64,000 nucleotides of DNA from Auanema rhodensis (taxonomy: Eukaryota > Animalia > Nematoda), in the NCBI GenBank assembly GCA_964057225.1, contig OZ059899.1, positions 12,586,001 through 12,650,000 of the forward strand, read 5' to 3'. Shown piece by piece: positions 54,293 to 64,000 of the stretch. The stretch's first letter is position 1. Every line of letters begins with the position of its first letter. A model generated the notes under the pieces. It saw only the letters and a program-made list of their open reading frames with translations. It did not search any database and had not been told where the DNA came from. The position numbers and the translations under genes are program-made.

Positions 54293-57200
54293 ATGCGTAC
54301 GCCACTTGTTGCTGTTCTACTATCATCGCTGTTTGCTGTTTCGATCGTAGCAGCAGGTAAGCTTTTCACCAGTCATTATATTTTTGTTTTCATTTCGATT
54401 TATCTTACTTTCCATAACTTCATTCCCACCATATCTCTCTCTCGCAAACATCTCATCAAGTTCTTCAAAATGGCATAAAATCATACAGTATCTTACGGCC
54501 AGAGTTGTCTCAACACTTTCCATTACCTTTTTTTTTGAAATTTTTTTTGTTAGAAGTTAATCATTTTTCTAATTTGAGACACGATATGTTCATTAGATCC
54601 TCTAAATTTCCCTTTAAACCAGATGAAGCTTAAGACGTCTTAAAGTTCAGATTTTTATTTTATGATAGATGGATGAACTAACAAGATGATCTCATTCTAG
54701 CTTGTATATTCAGATTAATTTTCAATTAAACTTTTAATTGAGTTGGCAGGTTTGCTGAGTTATCTACAGGATCTCATGCAAGCTTGTTCCTCTTGTTACT
54801 GGTATTACTAATTCGATTTCATCAAGGTGTATAAGGACATTCGATTTAGTACCAGTCATATTGACCTCAATTGATTCAGCACATTTTTTCGCAGTAGTAC
54901 ATAACAGTTTTTGAAACATTAAAAACAAAACATCTACTTTCCAATTCTTCCAAAGATTATAATAATACCATTCGTTTTCATAATCTCTTGTTTTACAGAT
55001 GAGCCAGAGTCGTCGACGGAGCCACAATGGGCACCAACTGGACGATTAAGTCAATTCCGCGGATTCAACACGCCCCGACCTCAGCTTTTACCTGAAAATG
55101 CTCAATTAAGTTGGTCTTTTTGGTATTTACACCATTTTTTTTATCACGGAAACACATCCGATTACAATAGTTTATCAATTAGAAAGACACACATACACAT
55201 CCTCTCTTCAATCACTGCTGACCTCTCTGAATGATTTCTGACTTTATTCTGAATCACAATTAGTAGCCAACTGATGGTGATTAGCGTCATAAACGAGACG
55301 TTCTTACCATTTTTTTCACATTTTCGTAGCGGCGAGACAATGAATGGTTGAACAACATTCGATTATTTATGATGTTCATGTCCATCAAAACGATTTAATT
55401 TTACTAAATTAAGTTAAAAGTAAATGCTAATACATTCATTTTATTGAGATCTTCCGCTAATTTACAGTATTTTCGGCTAAATGCACTAGCAGAATGCGCA
55501 AATGTATTTGCTATTATGGAGATGATTAGTTTCATTTTTACATTTAAGAAACAAAACGTTGAAAGTAAAATATATGACAACGGAATTCAATAATATTCTT
55601 GTTGTTCGATGTCCTATGGATATCTGCATTCAAGAATTTGATTGAAACTTTTCATCTGACCTAGCTTGCGTGCACGAACCTATCACTTTCGGTTCCCCTT
55701 AATGGTGAAATGTTGCGCGATGTCTTCATGACCCACTTCAATTTATCCCATGTTATCATCATCTTCAGCAGAATTGTGAAAGTGATTTTGATGATAGACC
55801 ATAATCATCTTCTTATATTTTATGAAGAGGTTGTTTCAATGAAAAAGCAGAAATGGGGGGGGGGACGCTATTCATTATTATAATCTTTAAGAATTAATTT
55901 TTCCTAATTAGCATAAAGTTATTGATGAACTTTTAAAAGTATACGTTGCTAATAGGGCATACTTCACGTAAAGCAACCGATCATTATGCTAATAAATTTA
56001 AAATAAAACTTAATTATCGATTAGCAACTAATGTATTCAATTAATTTTCAAATTGATTTTTCAAACAAAACAAATGATGAAAACAAACAAAAAATTGTTT
56101 CAGTGTATGCTTCTATTTGGGCTGCTTGGTCAGCATGGTCATTCTGTAGCAATGGAGTTCAGATTCGTGTTCGCGCTTGTAATACCGTTAAGGGATTCAG
56201 CTGTCTTGGGCCAAATCAGGTATATCTTATACTTTCTGATTAGACCTATTTCTTGGATATTTCGAATTGAATAGTCGTTTATGAGCTTACTTATAGGAAA
56301 CAAAACCATGTGACGATTCTCAACCAGTTCATCATTTACACCATCAACAGCTATCTGATTACGATGTAATTGATCCATGGCAGGCTGATCGTGAAGAGGC
56401 ATTGAAACAATTGTATCCTGACGATATGGAGAAGAAACAAAGTGATAACGAGATTCCTAATCCAGGATCTTTCCGTGTTCTCAGTGGTGGAAAAACTCGT
56501 AAGTTTTCAATCACACTAATATATTATCAATTTACGCATTGAATCGTTTATCCAAAAAATTAGCGAACATTTCACTCTTAATACGTGGAATCACAAGTTT
56601 TTTTGATAGTTGAAGTTCCAATGAAAGAAACAAAAAAAAGGAAACAATTTCACTAAATTATTTATGGTAATGCTTATTCAGATCAACCAGAGCCTCCAAC
56701 TTTGTTAAGATCAGTTACACCTGGTCTTGGATTGGAAGATAATGGAGCTCCAGGTAATAGTGAGAAACTCAGAGTAATCAGATTGAATGATTTAAGGAAC
56801 AACACCAGAAAAACTTTTCGGAGTGAAGCAGTTTGCTGCCAAAAATGATAGTCACAAAGAAGTTAAGCATAAAGGATCTGGAATAATTGGAAGTTCAGAA
56901 AAGGTAACTAAAATTAAAAAAAATACTTGAAATACTGTAGAATTTAAGGCTTTGGGAAGTGCTGAGGATATCACCAATGCTAAGTTATTAGATATGCTAC
57001 CAATGTAAGCAGGCTTTTCAAGTTTGTGCATATTAACTTCTAAATTTAGGGAAGAAAAATCATCAGAAACTAAGGAATTAATTGATGAAGATGAAAAATC
57101 AACGGTATAGACTAAAACTATTTCTATGGGCACTAATTCACTTTAGTTATAAGTATTATTCTAATTATACTTCACTTTAATATTTAATAATTAGTTATTA

Positions 57201-59674
57201 TATAATATAATACATTGGTTATGCGTTTAACTCACATGCTGGATATCATACAAATATTTTTCTTTTTTTTTCTTTTTTTAAGTTCAATTTTCTGTTTCTG
57301 TAGCTTCTGTTGTAGTCATTACTTCAATTATACAGATATTGAAAACTACAAGTTCTCCAAGTTTGACAACTACTGCTAGTACAACCACCACTTCAACCAC
57401 ACCATCCACTACTACTACCACTTCTACAGTTGCCACCCCCACCACCACCACAGTTGCTAATGCAACATCTTCTTCCACGACAACTACCACACAATCCACA
57501 ACCACTATTGTCACTAAATCACACAAACATATATCTAAAGAAAAGAATTTGATCAAAAAGAAGGTAAATTTAGATTATCAGTTATATTCATTAGATAGTT
57601 GGATGTTAAAAGTTATTATCACTTCATACATGTAAGCATTCCTGTTCACGTTACACACTACAGGCTGTCAAACTCACCAGCACCGATCTTGAAAATCAAC
57701 GTAAAGCTATAGGAGATAGAATATCTCAATTATTCAGTGTTAGTATATCCACACATTTCCAATTTCTCACTTTTTATGTGATAAGATTCAAGATTTTGAA
57801 AAACATTTTTTTTCAGGGATTAGAACAAAGACTTTTTGCAGCTGAACGAGAAAAAGCCACAGAAGATTCAGAAAAAGCCGTAATTGAAGAAGAGAAGTAA
57901 TGAATATTCAAAAATGTTTCTTATCTAATTTTAATATTTGTCACAGAATTCCATTGTTTGAAGCTGACCTTAGAAATGCTGCTAAACTCAAGACTTTCCA
58001 TATTGATGAAGAAGCTACTATATCTCAGTTAGCACATAAACAAAAGAAAAAAGGTTTTTTATATAGTAAATTTCTTAATTATATATTATTTTTATTATAA
58101 TTTAGGATTTGGATTCACTGGTGTGACTGTAACAAAAACTACTACTACTACTAATACTAATACTGATAACCCACCTGTTACCATTGTTGATAACACACTG
58201 CATACTGGAGAAGTTACAACTACTGGAAGCGCTATGCTTGTAGAAGTCGTACCCGAGGTTATAATTTTTAACGGAACTCCATTTTTTTATTGGCAATTTG
58301 TTATAGGACCAAATTTCTCCTGATACTCTTAGTGTTCTGGATTGGATGCTTAAGAACATGACAAAAGCTGCTTCTGAAGCTCCTCAACAAGAGCCTGAAC
58401 CTGTTTCTCAACCTACTGTTATTGTTCAGTTCGTTTTCGTATTCTTATTGTGCTCCCAACAAAGTACTTCAGTATGCCAACCCAAAATGGTGCCTTTATT
58501 TCCGACGATGGCTCAGTAAAATCTATTTCTCCAATCCTCAATGAACAAACTACTAATTCTGATGCAGAACTTATCGAGCCTGCTAAGCCTGCTCACAAGG
58601 TAGTTTAGATAATTTGCATTCAATGAGAAGCGTAATGAAATATTCAGAGAAAAATAAAGAAACTTCGTAAGAGTCATAAAAATAAGGAGAAAGCACCTAA
58701 ATTACATTTGGGAGATTACAACCCAGCAAACCCTGATCCCTCTAAAATGGTAATTTTAAGTAATTTCATTATCATTCATAAGTTTTTCACAGTTCCCCAA
58801 ATTCAAAGCTAAAGCTGTTGAACAAGCTCGTGCTCGTGCTCTAGGTGTTAGAACTTTCCATAGTGATAAGGATAATGTATGTTTTAGAGCTGATTCATCA
58901 TACCTCAATCCTTCTTTCAGCTCAAAACTCCCGAACATTTCCCATCTGATCAGGAATCAGAAGCTTTGATGAATGAAATCGATCAACTGCAGGTATACAA
59001 GCTTCGAAAGACAGCTTGTACATGTACTTTTCAGAAATTAATGAAAGATATGGATGAGAGAATAGATGTTTTGAATAATCAACAAGCCAAAGTTATGAAT
59101 AGCAATGAAGCTGATCTCGATTTACCTCTTTCTGGATCTGAAACTAACTCAGATTTCATTAGTCAATTTTCGAGTGAAGAAAGAGACAACGGTAGCGTTT
59201 TCAACTGCTTTATCTTCTGAATATTTCATTCTTTTAGAAGGACGGTGGAGCTCCTGGACAGATTGGGGAGTTTGCTTCTGTGAAAAGCAAGTAAGAACAC
59301 GTGTCTGCTCTTATACAACTGGTAGTGTCGGATGTAAAGGTAATTGATAAGCCTAGATGCTTAGCAGCTATTTCGATTGTTGCAGGTAGCTCACACGAAT
59401 CTCGCGATTGTACTGGAGGCATTTGCCCAAAATCAGCAAGTTCCTTTGAAGCAATTGGAGATGCTGACATAGAGCCAACTGTAAGTTCATCTTATCATTA
59501 TTCAATATTTCATTATTTTCAAATATAATATATTCATATACTTGATTTCCAGCCCGTTCGAGTATTCTCATCACTTCGGCGATCATTAAAGCCTGTTCGT
59601 TTACAGCAGGCTGCTCATCTTTGTAAGTTAAAACTCATTTTCTTCTCCTAATATATGCATTTTCAGTGCCTTAA
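54293..59674 (+). CDS. Secreted protein with two thrombospondin type-1 repeats separated by a long low-complexity linker
   Basis: Signal peptide MRTPLVAVLLSSLFAVSIVAA. First TSP1 WAAWSAWSFCSNGVQIRVRACNTVKGFSCLGPNQETKPC (~56105-56312); Thr-rich exon ~57336-57563; second TSP1 WSSWTDWGVCFCEKQVRTRVC...CKGSSHESRDCTGGIC (~59238-59430). Last exon has 8 coding nt (59667-59674). Middle exons are approximate. Confidence 0.82.
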
Positions 59675-61632
59675 TGATCTATCAGATTCAGGTGTAATAT
59701 AGTACATAATTAATTAAGAATATTATAATAATAAACGATAATCGTTAATAAATTTTAAAAAAATTGTAATTATTATTTTTATTCTACAAACTATCCTTTT
59801 CGTTGTTATGTATTTTTTGTCTCCGACTGCATTGAACAGGCATTTTTTATGCCTTCAAAGCATGCATATCTAACGAATTAATCACAAATAATAGCATTTC
59901 TTCCTAATTTAGTCATTTTCGAGAGCATCAACTGCCTGAGTTATGACAATACCCAGATCATCTTTTATCCCATCTGGCCATCTCCGCGGGACGCTTCGAT
60001 GCTTCAGTTTGATTACGAACCGTTTATACCCCTTTATGAGTCGGCTTCCACATCACTGGCACAATGGTGCAGTGTGCTTTAACTTGAAGATAGTTTTTTC
60101 GTCTCTGAAAATAATGACATTCAGTTCAAATTTGTTGAAAAATGTAAGCAAACGGAAGATGTATACCACCAAGTTATAAATGAAATTAGATTTGTACAAT
60201 TTTTCTTAAAAAATCTTTTGCTTTTTTCGGCTGCTGTCGCTTCCTATGTTCCACTTTAACTATATGCTACCTCGTTAAGCTACAAGCAGCCTACTCATTG
60301 AATTAACTTTCGTCAGCTTTTCCTCTGTTCTCGTAACACAGGACGACAATTTGATCTGGTTGCCACTTTTCTGAATACCACTTAACAAACGAATCTGCCC
60401 TCTTCCTCTTTGGCTTTTTTGTCAAGTGGGAAACCCAGTGACAAACTGCTAATATAATTTAGCAGCATTAGCATTAGCATACGGTTAGTAGTAACAAAAA
60501 AACAAAACTTATATATGGAAAGAGAAGTGAACATTCCTTGTTATTCAGTAAAGATTTGCTTTTTTTTGAGATTAGAACAACCGCATTTGCTTCGGCGAAA
60601 TGTGACAATGCTTTTTCCCGTATCACGTGATCTATTACTTATCGAGATTCTGATGTCGTTGCAAAAAGACGTTTACCACCAAAAAAACATAAGTGTGTGC
60701 TTTTGCACCTGTTCTTCGATCAGAATCATTGAAATATGACCGTGAGTTGAAACGATTTATAGTTGTGTGGGTCTGATCGGAGTATCTCAATCTCACTCGC
60801 ATATTTCTTCTGAAAGTGTTTAACGAAAAATTAATTGCTGCTTCTTTCTCAACACTTCTGATCATCATCTGCTGTTTATTTCTGAATAATTTCAGAAGTT
60901 TCAGTTGATGACAACGAAATAGTTCGCGAGAGTTGAGACAAGAACGATAACGTCGCTATTTAAATGCTGATGAATGAGCACTAAAAGATTTTTAACGGGA
61001 AAAAAACAAATAGGATAAAGAAAATGACAGGGGGATCTTTTATGAATTATGGTTTCATTTAGAGTGAGACAACGGCTTCACCTTCATGTTCCTTTCGTCG
61101 CCATATGCTCCGGACCTTGCCTTTGCTTACCGTAGGAATGACAGCTGCCAGAACTCACAAATTTGTTGATGCGAACATTCGAAGTATTCTAGCATTCGTA
61201 ACTCGTAGGCCACGCCCTGCTCTATCAGACTTCCGGAAAACGTCGAGAACTGCCAAACAAGTTCAATAGGGACTGCCCTCTGGGCACTCCCTTCGGGCTT
61301 TTGTCTGTTTTCCACCAGTCTGAGGGAAGCGTTAGATCTCAACGAGACGGCGCTGGCCTAACCCAGTTACCGTAATCCAAACTCCTCATTCGCCTTGTTT
61401 TACATCCTTTCCTGCTATTTTTCCTAAAAAAAAGTTGTTGTTGACGACTTTTTTCTCTCATGATACTTACTTCCAGCGCTGTACTTCTGTTAGACATGAT
61501 TTTTTTTACTTTTGGCAAGAGTCATTACTTGTTTACATATTTACTGGTGTTTATTATTTTTTCTTTTTATTAAAAAAAAGTTTTTTTTTCTGTATATTTC
61601 TGATAATATATTGTGTTGTATAGCTAAGTTAC

Positions 61633-64000
61633 ATGAAGTCGTCTATTTCTATTAATGATGATGTTAAAAGTCCGGTAATTGATCCAGTCGGTGAGGTATG
61701 ATAACATAATTTCATAAGAAATCTTTTATAATTTTTTATAAATTAAAAGATAATATTTTCCTCTTGACGAATAGTTAATTTCAGAATGAACCATCACCTC
61801 TCATCTCTATAAATTCTATTAATACTCCATCTTCTTCTGATCATAATATGGAATGTGTAGTTTGTGGAGATAAGTCTAGTGGTAAGCATTATGGCCAATT
61901 TTCTTGCGAAGGATGTAAAAGCTTTTTCAAAAGGTTCATTAGAAAACTATTAAGGATTTTGTTAATATGCTCATATATCCAGATCTATTCGACGTTCCTT
62001 GAGCTATACGTGTCGGGGCCAGAAAAACTGTCCTGTAGATATACATCATAGAAATCAATGTCAGTTTTGTAGATTAAGGAAATGTGTGAAGATGGGCATG
62101 CGCAAAGAAGGTACGATGTTGATAACCAAAAACATCTTTGATTATCGTTTTTGAAGCAGTTCAGCGAGGCCGTGTTCCACCAGTGACATTATCTCTACCT
62201 TTCACGTCATTTTTTCCTACAACATCGTTGGTCCGACCAACTGTGCCATTTAACAACTTCCTCAACTCTTTCATGCCAAACTTACCGCAGACAGTTGGTG
62301 ATTTGGCCAATAAATCAGGTAGATATATGTAACAAAGTTTTTAAAGTGGTTTCGAAGCTTCAGAATCCTTTCTACTAGAATCTATTGCTGAGTTTGGCGC
62401 TCAACTTCTTTTTGCTATCATCGATTGGACCAAACAACTTCCTTTCTATGCTGAACTAGCACCAACAGATCAGGTAAGTATATGAATTTCTAATTTCTCA
62501 TTGATACTTCATTTGCAGGTTACGTTACTACAGAACAGTTGGAGTCAATTATTCCTCTTATATGTTTCACAATCTTCAATTCCGAATCAAGTTAGAATCA
62601 ATACCTATAGCTGTTCTTCTTAGTATCTGTTATAGATTGTGGGAATTCTTGCTTCCGGTCATACGAACACATCTTTCACTGCCAACGAACTTAAAGACAG
62701 TGCCAACTCTCTTCAGGTTGTCCAAGTTATTCTGACAATTTTCATTTGATTTTTTTAGGTTCAACTTGAATTAATTCGTAGTTTACAGCTTGATATTGCT
62801 GAAATGAATTGTGTAAAAGCTGCAGTCCTGTTCAATCCAGGTATGGTATTTTAAAGAATCAAATACTACTAGTTTCGTACATGTAACTATGTACTTGTCT
62901 GAAATAGATAACTTGTTTGCTTGTTCTCCTAACTTTTTTCATGTCACTTTGGGATTAGAGATAGAGTCAGTGGCAGCCAGGGTCGCTATAGGTCTTGGCG
63001 GCTACCGTATACTCCCGAAGTTCGAGCAATAGCAATGCTCAATACGGGACAGAGAACGGAGGGAGGCGAAGGCATCAAGAAGCTGGTGAATAGAACTAAG
63101 TATGAAGTAGCTTGGATTATTTGGTTTAATAGGTGGCAATCTAAAATGATCTTTTATATGACCAGGATATACTTTAAGAATAGGTTATTAAGCTTTTTTC
63201 TAAGTTGTCATATATACGTCCAATCCTTCCTTTTCCCGTTATGTCATTTTTCTGATCGACCTCTTCACTGATTCCTTTTTACTTCTACTGACTTCATCTG
63301 GTCTTTTCGCTCAATCTCTATTTCGTCCAGTCGTTCTTCAAACTGTCATGTCGTCTTGCTCATCTTGTCAACCCCAACCGACGAGAACGCCAAACTAGAA
63401 GCGAAGGGCAGCCGGGGGACCGGAATCTAAAAATCGGAGAAGTCCAAAGACATTATCGCTTTTATACATCTTGACACCATTCTGAATATCTCTCTCTTTT
63501 CTTTATTTCTTTCATTTTCTCTAACTCTCGTCAGTATTCTCACAAGCATTCCTCTGTTTTTGTTTGTTCCGAGACCTCACTCTTCATGTATCTCGGAACA
63601 GGGCTCAGAAAGAGGAATGGGTTCAGATAGAATGAACCGATTAATTTGCCAACGGATTACTACGACGAGCCCCGAACAAATCCAGCGTATTTGACTGAAT
63701 GACATCGATAGGCCATAGTTATGGGCTTTCAGTCATTTTTCGAAAAAACTAAGCGAAAGCATTTTAAAACGTTCTATTTGTAGATACACAATCACTTCGA
63801 GATCAAACAAAGGTTGAGCTTGTACAAGAAAAAATTCAAGCTTCTCTTGATGATTACTGTCGAATGCATAAATCTCATCAGGTAACCACTACAAACTAGT
63901 GTTATTTCAAACTCACCTGTTCCATTTCAGCCTGGTCGTTTCGGACGAATACTGTTACGTCTGCCAGCATTACAGCTGGTAAATACTTCAGCTGTGGAAA
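61633..64000 (+). CDS. unc-55: COUP-TF/seven-up class (NR2F) nuclear receptor, 3' end beyond the window
   Basis: [81 protein letters not shown] motifs [15 protein letters not shown]...[28 protein letters not shown] and [14 protein letters not shown]. Confidence 0.92.
62884..63721. other. Hairpin-rich insert in the single long unc-55 intron (non-autonomous element or ncRNA)
   Basis: Intron 62842-63783 is 942 nt against about 45-90 nt for its neighbours. It carries terminal inverted repeats TAACTATG/CATAGTTA and several internal stem-loops. Confidence 0.45.

Noticed and set aside
61090-61412. RNase P, SRP RNA or tRNA
   Set aside because: GTCTGA and TCAGAC are in the wrong order for RNase P on both strands, and I saw no SRP helix-8 motif or cloverleaf.
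63565-63579. TGTTCCGAGACCTCA, resembling the lin-4 precursor
   Set aside because: It lacks two seed nucleotides (CCCUGAG) and the AGUGUGA 3' half.
62842-63783. Intronic telomerase RNA, HDV-like or hammerhead ribozyme
   Set aside because: No extended template for TTAGGC, no P2 partner for GCGAA-GGCATC, and no intact CUGANGA/GAAA core seen by eye.

Overview
Eukaryotic, AT-rich DNA, almost certainly from a nematode: most introns are about 45-60 nt, acceptors are TTTCAG/TTTTAG, and outron-like acceptors sit just before the ATGs. Bases 1-17.8k and 20.5-27.2k are gene-poor and dense in (GA/CT)n microsatellites, and their long ORFs are repeat artefacts. Eight intron-containing genes were assembled by hand: an arrestin-domain gene (+), a secreted Thr-rich mucin-like gene (+), alpha-catulin ctn-1 (-), NOP58 (+), a tyrosinase (-), an NK7/ceh-9 homeobox gene (+), a secreted two-TSP1 protein (+) and a COUP-TF/unc-55 nuclear receptor (+, running off the right edge). 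The best candidate for an undescribed system is an enlarged, structured NOP58 intron. Its only productive donor is a GC, while a canonical GT donor buried in a hairpin gives a stop-containing transcript, suggesting a splicing/NMD autoregulatory switch. Other highlights are exon-extension isoforms at both ends of ctn-1, a hairpin-rich ~840-nt insert in an unc-55 intron, a promoter-like module repeated 42 kb apart, and clusters of ACGTG sites. All models and folds were read by eye. Gene names rest on remembered family motifs, not database searches.
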